Shown piece by piece: positions 21,498 through 34,089 of a stretch of DNA of 64,000 nt. The DNA comes from a virus (taxonomy: Duplodnaviria > Heunggongvirae > Uroviricota > Caudoviricetes). The DNA lies in IMG/VR virus record IMGVR_UViG_3300031992_004563, positions 96,001-160,000 of that record; one strand, written 5' to 3'. Within the stretch, counting starts at the first letter, position 1, and every line of letters starts with the position of its first letter. Under the pieces are notes generated by a model. It did no database searches. It had not been told where the DNA came from and saw only the letters and a list, made by a program, of their open reading frames with translations. Made by a program: the position numbers and the translations under genes.

Positions 21498-22278
21498 ATG
21501 GTTTACAAACTGGGCAAATTGGCAAACCATTACATTTTTGTATATAATCTAATTTACAAAAATTTGAACCAAATGATAAGTACCATGCCTATCTAATACT
21601 ATACATTGTGGATGACCATAAATATCCACCCATAAATGAATCCTGTGTAGATTTTGCTGATGCAAATGGGAAAAATATAGATTTGCCATTTATTTTACTT
21701 ATAAGTTCACCACCCCATTTATGTTTATAATCAAATGTATATTCATCTATGTATTTATAAGTAGTATATTTTAATAATTCTTCAAACTATTCTTTAGTTG
21801 GAATATGAAATTTAAAATTATGAATATGTATGTTCTAATATGCAGCATCATCTTCCGGCAATAACTATGTTAAATTATTAAGATCATTATATTTGTATTG
21901 GTTTTCTATCATAAATTTATAATTAACCCATCCAAATTTAGCATCACCTCGTGCACCTTTATTAGGTTCAGTTTCACCCCATGCATAATAATTTATACAA
22001 TTATTGTCAGATCTTGGATCTGTCTTTTTCACTAATTCACCAGATGGAGATTCAATATATTCTATTCCCATATAATGTTTACACCATAATGTACCTGATG
22101 GAAGGCCTAAATCAACAAATATTTTATTTAGATCTACTCTCTTTTTAATTGTATCCTCTGTATCTATGACATCATTTTGATTTGATGATAAATCATTTAA
22201 ACCATCATCTTGATAATCGTCAAGTGCTAACTAGATACCTCTATTAACTGCTTCTAATATTTTATTATTAAATTTCAT
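21496..22278 (-). CDS. leader module + DUF1566/Fib_succ-like domain (260 aa, TAG-recoded)
   Basis: MKFNNKILEAVNRGI*LALDDYQD; VDLGLPSGTLWCK, YYAWGE, LT*LLPEDDAAY*, WSS, GLPICPV. Confidence 0.85.
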
Positions 22279-25200
22279 TAAATATATGAATAATTTTGGT
22301 ATTCACCATTTTGTTTTTCTTTAACAAATAATAAACCTTCACCTAAATTAACTAATCTATTTCCATATATATCTGTGCATGTTAATTCAATATCATGACT
22401 TCCTAACATATATGGTGTAATTGTTAAATGATCATTTACGCTTCTAAATAGTGTTTCTTTATGATTATTATTAATATGATATTTAGTATTACTTAAATCA
22501 TCAACAGATTTAACAGCAACTCTCCATTCCTTTTTATAGCCTTCTTTAAATGTATTATTAGAATTATGAGATCTAAATATTGTATCAGTTCCCTGTTCAA
22601 TTGTTGTTGGGAATTGATGATAGTAATATATGCTCATATCAGATGAATTCTAAATATATTTATGATAATTTACCCAATATTTTTCACCATTCATATAATC
22701 ATAATCATTGACTTCAATTCCATATCTATCATCAATATAATCATTTAAGAATAGTTTTGTTGCACTAAAATCAAAACGATCTCGTATAATTGAATAATCA
22801 CCAATACCAATTATTTGATTAAATTCATATGCACCACCTACAATATTTGTTGAATATCTTACTGGATGCTATGCATCATACATCATAACAACATTAACAT
22901 CCGGATTATTTAATAAATTTGTATTTGGCAAACCATCTATAGTATAAATAAATCCATCGCATGTTTTATCAATTTCATTATAATTAATAGGTGATATGTT
23001 CTTAATTCTATATGCAGTTTCATTAATAATTTGTGCATTCCACATATCATCTCTTAATTTAAATTGCTCAAATGACCATGCGCCAATAGGTGAATTATAA
23101 TAAGGATATTGATTATTAGTACTAATATCCATATAATAGCGAAGTTTAATAACGTCCTCATCATTAAATATTTTTTTATCTGTTAAGAAAGTTACATATG
23201 TTTCTTTACTATCATAATTTAATTCTACGCATAATGGGTTAAATGGATATTCAGTAGTATTTAAAACAAATATCTTATGTTCGTCATCAATATAATCTGA
23301 TAAACTACAATTATTAATACTTATATCAATATATGAATCAGCATTATAGTTATTATCTTTATTTTCATCAACTTTATAAAAATCTAATACTGAACAATTT
23401 TCTATTTGGTATTCAATTTTTTTAGTTAATTGATTATATGCAAATGCAGAAATTTTCTTAGTAACATTAAATGTCATAGATGCATCAGGTGTAGAATTAA
23501 CTATTGTAGCTTTAAGTATTGATACATCTGTGTATAATCCAATTTTATTTGGATTTTCATCAAGCATCCATAATCTAGTATTACCATTGCTAACATTTTC
23601 AATATTAACACATCTTTCAGTTAATGTATCAAATATTACAATATCATTATTTTTTGGCGTATCAAATGCGTATGATATATTATCGAATTCGACATAATCA
23701 CCATCTAAATTATAATCAATATCATAAATATGATAAGATTTTGGGTATTTTATATCATTATCACATAATGTAATAATTTCATTTAATTGTGATGCATCCT
23801 ATAGAACTCCATTTTTATTATATCTATAAAATTCATATTCATTATTAGAATTTTCATTACAAATAAATGTATCAATTGGAATAGGCGCAGCAATAACATC
23901 TATTGTATTATCATATTTAGATGTAAATATATTGTTATATTTGTCAAATGCGCGAGTTATTAATTCATACTGTCCAAGACGTGTAATATCAACATCTATA
24001 GTTTTATTACATGTATAATTATCATTAATAATTTGTTCTAATGATGAATTCAATATTTCTTGCTTTTTAATAACTTTACATATGTTTAAGAATGTTGATT
24101 CGTCCTAAATATATGTGCTAGATGATTTAAAATCTACAATATCTTTATGTGATAATCCATTTAAACCTGGCAAATACCATGATCTCATTCTTTTACGCAT
24201 ATCTTCATACGCATTATCAATACCTTCTTTTAAACTTGTGCTTAAATCATTTATTACATTAGAACACTCTATAGATGTATCTAATGAATGAATCATTGTA
24301 CTAGGATTTAAATTAATATTAACAAATGGTTTTCGTTCTGAATGATATGTATAAGTTGGTTGAATCTCCTATTCATTTGCATACTTATTAATTCCATTTT
24401 TAATTAAATCTGTTGAAAATGAAACTTGACAACCACACCCGTCTTTATCTCTAAATAACATATCGCCTTTTAGAATTTCAAGTATAAAATCGCAAGATGC
24501 ATCTTCTAGATTATAATATTCATGCTCATCTATATACATACTTGAATTAGATGAATCACCAATATAAAGGCTTGAGTTAAATTCAACATTTGAAAATTTA
24601 TACCCACTAATTATAAACATTGGTGCATCCCATTTATTCTTTTCTGAGTATTTAATATATGGCATATTAATAATATTACCACTTACATCTACTTTTATGT
24701 CCGGTTCAATTACAATATATTTGTTATCAACCTTTTTGTGATTAATATCCTAATATAATTGGTAATTTTTTAATTCATATTCAATGTTTCCAGTTTCATT
24801 GTTAATTGCCTCTCTAATAAGCCATTTAATGTTAGAACGCCAATTTCCATATGCATTATGAATATTTGCATTTTCCAATGTTATAATTGGAAGACAACTT
24901 GAATCAATATATGCTTCAGTATCTTTATCTTTTAATATTTTTATTTCACCATCTTGAATTAAAATCTATGCAGAACTATCATCCCCCATTGTCCATTCAT
25001 ATAATGTTCCAGATTTTGGCCTATTAACTAAATCAAATTCATATTCATCACCAAGAACAGGTGCTTCAATTGAATTAGAAATTGTTAATATAGATGTATC
25101 TATCATTGTTCCATCATCTGTTGAAAGATTAATAGAAACATCATATTTGTCAAATGCAGCAATTTGTGTTTCATCATAATCTATAAATCTAACTGCATTA

Positions 25201-27092
25201 TTTAATTCATTTAATGTACATGCAATTTTACCATGTGATTTAATAAATGGAAGAACACATTTAACATCCGGTGTATAATATTGTGCTTGTGAAAAATCAT
25301 TAAGATAATGTTGTGTTGAGTATCCTTGTGTTTTTTGCCAACCAAAATAAACACCTTCACCTGTAATATCTGAAATATATGCGCCAAGACCAATAATATG
25401 TTGTTCAAGCCACTATTTAACTGCAAACAATTTAGCTAATATTTCATCTGTTCTATAAATGTATACTGGCTATGTTAATGGAACTTCAGATATAAATGTT
25501 CTTGGAATAGCAGTTGATACATCTATATGACCAGTAGATGGATTATACTATGATAGCTAAACTTTAACTCTTTCTACATTATCGCTTATTTCATTAAGAT
25601 GATAAATCATAGAAATTTTATTTAACTTATCATAATTATTAAAGTCCTCAATAGATATTCCGTAATCAGCAAGTTTCTATTTTAAGAAACTTCCAGTAGA
25701 TGAATCAAATACCTAAACAGCAATATCAGATAACTAATCATTATGGTCTTTAATTGTATACCATTCTTTAAATACAATATCCTAATATCCTAAGAATTTA
25801 ATAGCTCTGAATAATGCTTTATATGTTCCAACATATGAAAATATCTAATCATATGTAAGCATTAATTCTTTAGATTTTCTATTAATTAAATCAAAATCCT
25901 TTCCTTCTTCTTGATAATCCTATTCTGCAAATATATTTGAATAATTTATCGGGTCTGGCACGCCAAAATTGGTTAATAATGTTCTAAATCTCTCATCTTC
26001 ACCTACAACTTCAGACTTAATAGAAATCGCACCCATAAAGAATATATGCTCTCTATTATCTCCATGTGCTAAATAAATTCCTAATAAATTTTGGTATGCA
26101 CCTTCCTCTTCAGCCTAAAATGCAATTGTAAATGAAAATGGTTCAGCCGCATTTTTAGATGTTTGTGGATTTGCCATTGTAAATGCCATCTCATCTTTAT
26201 ATAAAATATCATATTCAGATGATTTGTCAATAAGTTTTAATTCACTATTTTTTGATGGCTAAAAAATTAATGAATATCCAGAGTCACCATTAATAAATGG
26301 TCTTACATAATCATATGTATCATCTTCATTTCTAACTTCTTCTAAAACCAAGATTGTATCAGCAGCAATAAAATCTGCAGATACTTTATCTTGATAATAG
26401 TCACCAGCATATCTAATAAATGGAAAATAAATTCCAAGATTTGGAACAGTATCTTCAAATACCTATTGAATAACTGAATTATTATATATTGTGCCAGTTT
26501 CATCCTCATATTTAATTAAATCAACTTTTGACACACCAATCATTTGGTAAAATTCTTGGTTCTAACCAAGATTTTCACCTGTGTATATTGTTGATACAGT
26601 TGTATAATCTTGATATGTTGATGCATCTCCAATTAATTCAAATATACTACCTATACCAAACGTATATGTAAATGACTTATTTTTAATATTAATTGCGACT
26701 TTTACTTGGTTTTCATCATCTAATAATACTCTATTTAAATAATCATAATAACATGATGCATCAAGCAAATTTGTTTCAGTATCTACATTATCATATAAAT
26801 ATACAGGCATTCCATTAATATCTGTTGTTTCATTGGTTGCAAATCTTACATAAATTTGGCCTTGATTTATAAATGCAGTTTCTAATGTTCCTTCTTTAAT
26901 TTTTAACTATGATGGATCATTAAAATCTATATCACCAATAAAATAACCCGATATAGGAGATTTAATATATTGTGAAGCTAATTTGCCAGGAATAAGTTCC
27001 CATGTCAAAACATAAGATTTTTGCATAGGAATTTCATAGCCTTTGGCTGTATAAAATTTTAAATTGTTAATGTCATTAATTGTTTCAGCCAT
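22278..27092 (-). CDS. large virion structural protein, possibly baseplate (~1604 aa, many TAG)
   Basis: Seven track fragments share one frame. In the stretches checked codon by codon (about 25320-26910) only TAG interrupts it. VGTYKALFRAIKFLGY*DIVFKEWY motif; TAA overlaps the next ATG. Confidence 0.75.
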
Positions 27093-27096
27093 ATTA

Positions 27097-27351
27097 TTAA
27101 TTTAATTTCTTTGAATTTTTTGGTAAAGTAAAATTATATTCTAATTTGATTCGTTTAACTTGATGAATTAAAAATTCAAACATACGTTCTAACTAACGAA
27201 TTGGTGTATCATTTACAGGATTTGCAAACATTTCAGGAGAAAGAACATTTTTCATAATATTCCTATCAAAATCATATCCTAAATTAGTATAATTATCATG
27301 AATATGATTTTCATCTTCAAAAAATGAATCTGTATATTTTAATTTAGCCAT
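27097..27351 (-). CDS. small hypothetical, probably structural, protein (84 aa, 1 TAG)
   Basis: MAKLKYTDSFFEDENHIHDNYTNLGYDF...IR*LERMFE...; stop 4 nt before the giant gene's ATG. Confidence 0.75.
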
Positions 27352-27440
27352 TAAACCCAATATAATTTTTATTATTTATTATTAAAATAGGTATATATAC
27401 ACGTGCAATATAAATAATAAAACTTTATATTTTAAATAAT

Positions 27441-28094
27441 ATGTTATCGCTTGATGATATAATTGGAGATACTGGTGAAATTACAACAACTTCATCAAAT
27501 CAATCTAATAAAGATTTATATAAAGATGTATTTGTAGATAGGGGTGTATTTAGTAATATTAGTCTATCATATCCTGTAATATATAATGCAAGAATTAAAA
27601 AATTTATACCAGGAAATAGTTTAACAAATAAAAATAATGCATTTCTTGGTTGGTTAATTGGATATGACGATAATACACAATATGTTGATGTTTTATATAG
27701 AGGTTTTTTATTTAAAGAACCTGTTAAAATTCCAATTAATCTTCAATAGCAATTTGTGCAATGTTATGTATGGGATCAATTTAAACTTGCAGCAAATTCA
27801 ATAATAGAAAATATGCCAAGAATTAAGAAATTAAAAAGACTTAATTTAAAAATGGTGTCAAAAACATATGCATTATTCATATATAAAAATTTGGATAAAC
27901 TTATTAGACAATATGAAGTAATGTATGGATATGAAAATGCATAGTTATTAAAAGCATAGATTGTTACTTCACCATTTTATATAAATGATAATGGTGTAAT
28001 AAAAATATATGATATGCAGACAAATGAACTAACAACACCTGAATTAGAATCAGAAGCATATTTTCTTGCATATTTTACATTTCTTAACAAATAA
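27441..28094 (+). CDS. hypothetical protein (217 aa, 3 TAG)
   Basis: Joins track ORFs 27441..27749 and 27756..27944 and continues to TAA at 28092-28094; preceded by TATAAATA at 27409. Confidence 0.75.
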
Positions 28095-28104
28095 TAAAAA
28101 TTTA

Positions 28105-28132
28105 AAACTTTTGCAGTTTTTCGTATTATAAT
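28105..28132 (+). promoter_or_regulatory. putative phage promoter AAACTTT-N15-TATAAT upstream of clpX
   Basis: Recurrent motif. Confidence 0.6.
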
Positions 28133-28161
28133 AAAAGAATATTTAAAATAATAGATAGTAT

Positions 28162-29535
28162 ATGAAGATAGTAGAGCGTATTAAAAATTACTTAAGTGAC
28201 AAATTTGGTAAAAAACAACCAGAAGTAGAAGAAACACAAGATGAACAAGAAGAGCAATATGAGGAAAAATGTTGTTGTTTATGTGGTGTTCCTGAATCAG
28301 AATCTGGAATGTTAATTAGAAGTAGTATTGGTAATCAATATATTTGTGAAAAATGTGCAACATTAATTCACGAACAAATTACTGAAATTGAAAAATATAC
28401 ACAGGATTTAGAAGAAACGGTTGAGGAAACAAGAAAAATGTTAGAAAATCCTGTACAAGAAAAGAAAAAATCTATTAAAGAACTTATTCCAACACCACAT
28501 GAAATTAAGGAATTTCTTGATGAATATGTAATTGGACAAGACGCGGCCAAGATTAAATTATCTGTTGCAGTTTATAATCATTATAAACGAATTAATCAAA
28601 AGGAAGATGACACAGATATTGAAAAAGCATCTATCCTTTTACTTGGTGCAACAGGATCTGGCAAAACACTTTTAGCAAAAACAATTGCTAAACTTTTAGA
28701 TGTACCTATTACAATTGTAGATGCAAATACATTTACTCAGGCTGGTTATGTGGGTGAAGATGTTGAATCTATTTTATCACGTCTTTATCAAAATGCTGAT
28801 GGGGATTTAGAAAGAGCTGAACGAGGTATTGTGTTTATTGATGAAATTGATAAAATTGCTAAACAAGGCGATAGCCCATCTATTACAAAGGATGTATCAG
28901 GCGAAGGTGTTCAACAGGCTTTACTTAAAATTCTTGAGGGCAGTAAAGTTAAATTTTCACCTAATGGTGGACGTAAACATCCCGAAAAAGAAATGGTTGA
29001 AATTGATACTAAAAATATTCTCTTTATTTGTTCTGGCGCATTTGTTGGAATTGAAAAGAGAATTGAAAAACGCTTAAATATGCGAGCAATCGGATTTGCA
29101 TCAGATCAATCTCATAAAAATGTATCTAAAGAAAATATTATTGAATATTTGACAGCTGAGGATGTTAGAGCATTTGGTATGATTCCTGAATTGGTTGGTC
29201 GTCTTCCAGTTATTACATACGTTAAGAATTTGACTAAAGAGGAAATGCGTCAAGTTTTAACAGAACCTAAAAATTCTATTATTAAACAATATGTTAAGTT
29301 GTTTAAGATGGATGGTGTTAAACTTGAATTTGAAGATGATGCTTTAGATTACATTGTTGAAAAAGCTTTGGTTATGAAAACTGGTGCTCGTGGTCTTAGA
29401 TCCATTGTAGAAGAAATCATGACCCAATATATGTATGATATTCCATCTACAAGAAAACGTAAGCTTGTAATAACAAAGGAATATGCTGAATCTGCATATG
29501 AAGCTAAACAAATTTATAAAGCTGCAAATAATTAA
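28162..29535 (+). CDS. clpX: ATP-dependent Clp protease ATP-binding subunit ClpX
   Basis: C4 zinc finger, YVIGQ..AK..LSVAVYNHYKR, GATGSGKT, AGYVGEDVE, DVSGEGVQQALLK, RKHP and IGF loops. Confidence 0.97.
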   Translation: MKIVERIKNYLSDKFGKKQPEVEETQDEQEEQYEEKCCCLCGVPESESGMLIRSSIGNQYICEKCATLIHEQITEIEKYTQDLEETVEETRKMLENPVQEKKKSIKELIPTPHEIKEFLDEYVIGQDAAKIKLSVAVYNHYKRINQKEDDTDIEKASILLLGATGSGKTLLAKTIAKLLDVPITIVDANTFTQAGYVGEDVESILSRLYQNADGDLERAERGIVFIDEIDKIAKQGDSPSITKDVSGEGVQQALLKILEGSKVKFSPNGGRKHPEKEMVEIDTKNILFICSGAFVGIEKRIEKRLNMRAIGFASDQSHKNVSKENIIEYLTAEDVRAFGMIPELVGRLPVITYVKNLTKEEMRQVLTEPKNSIIKQYVKLFKMDGVKLEFEDDALDYIVEKALVMKTGARGLRSIVEEIMTQYMYDIPSTRKRKLVITKEYAESAYEAKQIYKAANN

Positions 29536-29538
29536 CAT

Positions 29539-29577
29539 CTATTTTTTAGATTAATAAAAATATATTATTTTTGTATC
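29539..29577 (+). promoter_or_regulatory. Bacteroidota sigmaA-type promoter CTATTTTTTAGA-N15-TAnnTTTG
   Basis: Three copies with identical spacing (29539, 34636, 52264); TAnnTTTG is the Bacteroidota -7 element. Confidence 0.7.
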
Positions 29578-29600
29578 ACATTTTAAAAATTAATTAAAAT

Positions 29601-30284
29601 ATGGCAACAAATGGTGGAAATCTACCAGCTTTAATTAAGTATAATAAAATTAAGGATGTGACTATTTATAAACTTCCAGGTTCTATGAAATCCGGAAGTT
29701 TTAATAGTGCGTATGGAATTAAGTTTACTGAAATTATTGAGGAAAAGGTTGTAAAACGTGGTATTTTCCGTAATAAAACTGAAATAAAAACAAATGAAAT
29801 TGCACGAATTGTTCCATTTTCATTTAAGACTCTTGAAATTGCTAAAGATTTTGCTCAATATCTTCCAGAAATGTCAATATGGGGTGATCGTTTATATGAA
29901 AATTCAGGAGATACAGTAAATGTTAAAAGCCAGGTATTGTATGAGACATATATAATTAAAGCTAAAGATATAAATGCCAATATTGGTGTTAAATTTTTAG
30001 ATGAATGTCTTCATCCAACTCAACAAACCATTAAGAAAAAAGAAACAAGTGATGGCAGTTCATGGCGTGAATACTATATTAATGACTTGGACAAAAAGAA
30101 TTTTGATGGCTCACAAGGCCATTGGTATGATCATACAGAATTGGTTGTTGATTATTTCTTTACGACTTATGAATTTAATTTCAATTTAAAACAATTTATA
30201 CCACGTGATAAATTTGAAACATTAGGAGAACGCCAAGCATTTGAAAATGAAAATACACATAAATTTATTTTAGTTGAGAATTAA
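29601..30284 (+). CDS. PFxFK paralog family member 1
   Basis: VPFSFKTLEIAKDF...C-terminal FILVEN. Confidence 0.8.
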   Translation: MATNGGNLPALIKYNKIKDVTIYKLPGSMKSGSFNSAYGIKFTEIIEEKVVKRGIFRNKTEIKTNEIARIVPFSFKTLEIAKDFAQYLPEMSIWGDRLYENSGDTVNVKSQVLYETYIIKAKDINANIGVKFLDECLHPTQQTIKKKETSDGSSWREYYINDLDKKNFDGSQGHWYDHTELVVDYFFTTYEFNFNLKQFIPRDKFETLGERQAFENENTHKFILVEN

Positions 30285-30816
30285 TGAATAAGCTTATTAA
30301 AACATATGTAGATATTGAAGAAATTCAGGATAATTATAATACATATTATTCTGCAACTTTTACATATCAATATGATGTGTATTTTTTAGGAATGTATGTT
30401 AAAACAAAAAATGTTGAATATCATGTGCCATTCCTATTTAAATCATTTAATATTGCTAAAAACTTTTGTGAGTTAAAGCCAGAAATTTTAGAATATTATT
30501 TTTCTAATAAAAACTATGATAATAGGGAAGTTGATTATTTTACATATAAAATAATAGTTAATGATAAAATATTTTATATAAAGTGGGAAGAAAATTCAAT
30601 ACGAGTAAGAGATCAACATGATATGGAATTTTATTTTAGAGAAAATCCAGTTGTCGATTCATTTGTAACAAATATTATTTTAAAAGATTGGATGCACACA
30701 CATAGATTAAGTGATGTTGAATTTTTAATGAAACTCCTGATTTATTAAATCTTGTTGAACACGTTAACTTAAAAACAAATAAAAAATGGCATTTTGAATT
30801 AGTTGAAAACAATTAA
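30284..30816 (+). pseudogene. PFxFK family member 2, frameshifted near 30727
   Basis: ORF stops at 30748, but the family C-terminus (NETPDLL...WHFELVENN) continues in the -1 frame to TAA at 30814-30816. Confidence 0.7.
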
Positions 30817-30819
30817 ATT

Positions 30820-31350
30820 ATGAAACATACACATACATATGTAGATATTAATGGCATTATTTTAGATAAAGTTACTTATTATGTAGTAACATTTACTAAA
30901 GTATATGAGATGTCTTTATTTGGAAAAGTAATAAAAGAAACTAAGAAAATTCAAGAAGTGCCATTTGTTTTTAAAAGCTATGAAATTGCAAAAGAATTTT
31001 GTGAATTAAATCCTGTATATAAACAAATTACTTTTTCACAATCTTCAAAATATGATGTTTACAATACAACATATGACACATATCGATTAATATTAAATAA
31101 TAAAGTTAATGCATATATTGTTTGGGAACATTTAACAGGAACATATAATTTTGCGCATGCAGAGTTTCATACAGATAAATCATATCCAATTGTTAAAGGA
31201 TTTATTAAAGATGAACTAAATAATATTAAATTACCAACAACATATTCAACTATTAGTACCGGGCCGCAAACACCAAATATGGTTGAAAAACTTTCTGATA
31301 TTTTTGCAATATCTAAAGATAAACATCACTTTGAATTAATTGAGCAATGA
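30820..31350 (+). CDS. PFxFK family member 3
   Basis: YVDI..., LFGK, VPFVFKSYEIAKEF, HFELIE. Confidence 0.8.
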   Translation: MKHTHTYVDINGIILDKVTYYVVTFTKVYEMSLFGKVIKETKKIQEVPFVFKSYEIAKEFCELNPVYKQITFSQSSKYDVYNTTYDTYRLILNNKVNAYIVWEHLTGTYNFAHAEFHTDKSYPIVKGFIKDELNNIKLPTTYSTISTGPQTPNMVEKLSDIFAISKDKHHFELIEQ

Positions 31351-31952
31351 TAGTAAAGTATAAAGAAAATATTTATGCAAATATACAGGAGCAGAATATT
31401 ACAAAATATATTCCTGCTGCTGGTATATCTAAATGTTATGCTGTAACATTTACAAGAGAAAAAGTATATACACTTTTTGGAAAAGTTATTAAGACACAAT
31501 CAAAAAGTGAAACAATGCCATTTGTATTCAAGTCATTGGATATTGCTAAAGATTTTTGTAAAATTTGTCCTACCGTAATATCTGATGTGTTTATTAATTC
31601 ACATAATTATTATAAAGTAAAATATGAAACATATAGATTGGTAAAAAATGAAAAAATACTTGGCTATATTAAATGGAATACATTTTATGCATATGATGCA
31701 AATTTGGATTATGCCGGTCAAGATACTCATAAACGATATACACGAAGTCTATCTGATCCAATTGTTGATAAGTTTGTTGAAGATATAGTAGTAAAAGATT
31801 GGATTCATACAAATAGTATAAAAGATATAAAATTTTTAAATGAAAGCGATAGTTTAAGTGAATTAATTAATAAAGTTGAAAATAAAAATAATTTAAAAAA
31901 GAAAAGCAAAGAAGTATATAAAGAGTGGAATTTTAAATTAGTTGAATCATAA
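31347..31952 (+). CDS. PFxFK family member 4
   Basis: LFGK, MPFVFKSLDIAKDF, NFKLVES. Confidence 0.8.
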   Translation: MIVKYKENIYANIQEQNITKYIPAAGISKCYAVTFTREKVYTLFGKVIKTQSKSETMPFVFKSLDIAKDFCKICPTVISDVFINSHNYYKVKYETYRLVKNEKILGYIKWNTFYAYDANLDYAGQDTHKRYTRSLSDPIVDKFVEDIVVKDWIHTNSIKDIKFLNESDSLSELINKVENKNNLKKKSKEVYKEWNFKLVES

Positions 31953-31953
31953 T

Positions 31954-32520
31954 ATGAGAACAGAAAAACATATATATGTAAATATAGTAAGAAGTGAAAG
32001 TGCTGATTATTATAGGGTTATTCTCACAAAAACAAGTGATATTATTGCATTTAATACTGTTATTAAACATGATGAAACTATTGAGGAGATACCATTTTAT
32101 TTTAAATCTTTGGATATGGCTAAAGATTTTTGCAATATGTTGCCAAACAAAATAACTAAAAAAGTTCTTAAACGAAATATTGAAGGTAGATATAATAGTT
32201 ATGTTAGAACATATACTACATATGAATTAACATGTTGCAATAATAAAAAGGCATACATATATTGGGATAAAGTGAAAATTCTGAAAAATGCTTCATATGC
32301 AACTAAAGTTGATGTAATATCTGAAACAAATGTTGTAAATTATTTTGTTCCAAGTATTTCATTATATGATACTGAAGATTCTAATTCATCTGGAGCATAT
32401 TATCCTTATAATGAAAATTATGAAAAATTAACAGATTTGATTAATTATTTAAATAAGGATACGCGATTCAGTAAAAATGAAGAAGAATATAAATTTGAAT
32501 TAATTGCACAAGTACAATAA
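31954..32520 (+). CDS. PFxFK family member 5
   Basis: ATG at 31954; IPFYFKSLDMAKDF, KFELIAQVQ. Confidence 0.8.
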   Translation: MRTEKHIYVNIVRSESADYYRVILTKTSDIIAFNTVIKHDETIEEIPFYFKSLDMAKDFCNMLPNKITKKVLKRNIEGRYNSYVRTYTTYELTCCNNKKAYIYWDKVKILKNASYATKVDVISETNVVNYFVPSISLYDTEDSNSSGAYYPYNENYEKLTDLINYLNKDTRFSKNEEEYKFELIAQVQ

Positions 32521-32523
32521 GTT

Positions 32524-33054
32524 ATGGATAAAGACATTTTAAACAGTTTAAAACCCGGTGAAAAAGTAGCTGATATTCAAGAGCATTACTGGGGACAAAA
32601 TGGTGAAAAACTTGTGTATAAAGTGACTATATACACTTGTAAATCATTATTATTTGGAAAATATATTTCCAAATATGAATATCCATTTTACTTTAAAACT
32701 AAGGAACTTGCTGAAGAATTTATTCAAGTTCATGATAAGTATAAATTTGACGAATTTTATCGTACTGATTATGCAGGATATACATATACACATTATAAAA
32801 TATGTCCAAAAAATATTAGTTTTAGAAAAGCCAATTGTGAATATATATTAGTTAGATCTACAGTTGCAGATTATAATGTAACATATTTAACGTCAGGTGG
32901 TATATGGGATGGATATATTGAGTGTAGAAATAAACGCCATAATTCTAATTTTAATTATAAAAAATATTATGCTGAAATTGATAAACTTGAAAATGATGCT
33001 GCCAAGGAAAATACATCTGGCAAAACATATTCATATAAATTAACTGAAGTATGA
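32524..33054 (+). CDS. PFxFK family member 6 (subfamily B)
   Basis: ILNSLKPGE, YPFYFKTKELAEEF, GGIWDG, SYKLTE. Confidence 0.8.
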   Translation: MDKDILNSLKPGEKVADIQEHYWGQNGEKLVYKVTIYTCKSLLFGKYISKYEYPFYFKTKELAEEFIQVHDKYKFDEFYRTDYAGYTYTHYKICPKNISFRKANCEYILVRSTVADYNVTYLTSGGIWDGYIECRNKRHNSNFNYKKYYAEIDKLENDAAKENTSGKTYSYKLTEV

Positions 33055-33593
33055 AACAGGAAATATTAAATAATTTAAAACTTGGTGAAAAAGCTGCCGA
33101 TATTCAAGAATATTATTGGGGCACAAATGGTGAAAGACTTGTGTATAAGGTAACCATTTATACATGTGAAAAAATTCCATTTTTAAAAATATTTAAAAAA
33201 CGAGGTATAAATGAATATGTAGTTCCATTTTATTTTGAAACAAAAGAACTTGCTCAAGAATATATTGAATATAGCGATAAGGTCTGGTTTAGACCATTGA
33301 CAGGTGCTTTTAATGGTTATGCTTTATTTTTAACTAATTATGAAAAACAAAAATATGAATATTATTTAGTAAGTGCGGTAGACTATTTTTTAGTACCTGT
33401 ATCTGAAGATCATATTATGTGTAAAGGTGGTGTCTGGAATGGAAAGGTAAATTTTGGATCATATAGACGACCATATAAAACACAAAGCATTTACTTTACA
33501 CAAGTATTTGAAAAAGAAAAAAGAGCTTCAAAGGAAGGTACAATTGGTGAAACATTTTCATATAAATTATATAATATAAATGATGGAAAATAG
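33051..33593 (+). CDS. PFxFK family member 7 (subfamily B)
   Basis: ILNNLKLGE, VPFYFETKELAQEY, GGVWNG. Confidence 0.8.
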   Translation: MKQEILNNLKLGEKAADIQEYYWGTNGERLVYKVTIYTCEKIPFLKIFKKRGINEYVVPFYFETKELAQEYIEYSDKVWFRPLTGAFNGYALFLTNYEKQKYEYYLVSAVDYFLVPVSEDHIMCKGGVWNGKVNFGSYRRPYKTQSIYFTQVFEKEKRASKEGTIGETFSYKLYNINDGK

Positions 33594-34086
33594 TACTTTA
33601 AATAATTTAAAACGTGGTGAACAACTTGTAGAAATGCAAGAATGTACATTACATGGAATGGATGTTATTGAAGTAACATTATATAAATGTGTATCTTTTC
33701 TTGGATTTAGAAAAATAAAAACATATACATTTCCATTTTATTTTACATCAAAAGAGGTGGTTGAAAAATTTTTAAAATTTATCAATTATTTTAAAATTGT
33801 TAATGATCATCTTCGTTGGGATAGCAGTGCACATTGTTTTGCTTTATCAATTAAAAATTGCAGAATAGCTCATATGGTTGATGAATATAAAAAGAATGAC
33901 ACCCGTAGATTTACTCATTGTTCATTGACATTTAAAGGCATATGGGGTGGAGAATTAAATGATACATCTGATATGTATCCTAGTAGTATGTCAAATAATT
34001 ATGATTTTATGGAATTTCTTGATTCTTGTAATATTTCTATAAAGAAAGAAAAAACATATACATTTAAAATGATTGAAAATTGTTAA
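33580..34086 (+). CDS. PFxFK family member 8 (subfamily B)
   Basis: LNNLKRGE, FPFYFTSKE, GIWGG, FKMIE. Confidence 0.8.
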   Translation: MMENSTLNNLKRGEQLVEMQECTLHGMDVIEVTLYKCVSFLGFRKIKTYTFPFYFTSKEVVEKFLKFINYFKIVNDHLRWDSSAHCFALSIKNCRIAHMVDEYKKNDTRRFTHCSLTFKGIWGGELNDTSDMYPSSMSNNYDFMEFLDSCNISIKKEKTYTFKMIENC

Positions 34087-34089
34087 GTT

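Noticed and set aside
5247-22278. Other lectin-family 3' ends as the DGR template repeat
   Set aside because: They are coding, too divergent from 43706-43876, and not AAC-rich. No RT motif was seen in the window.
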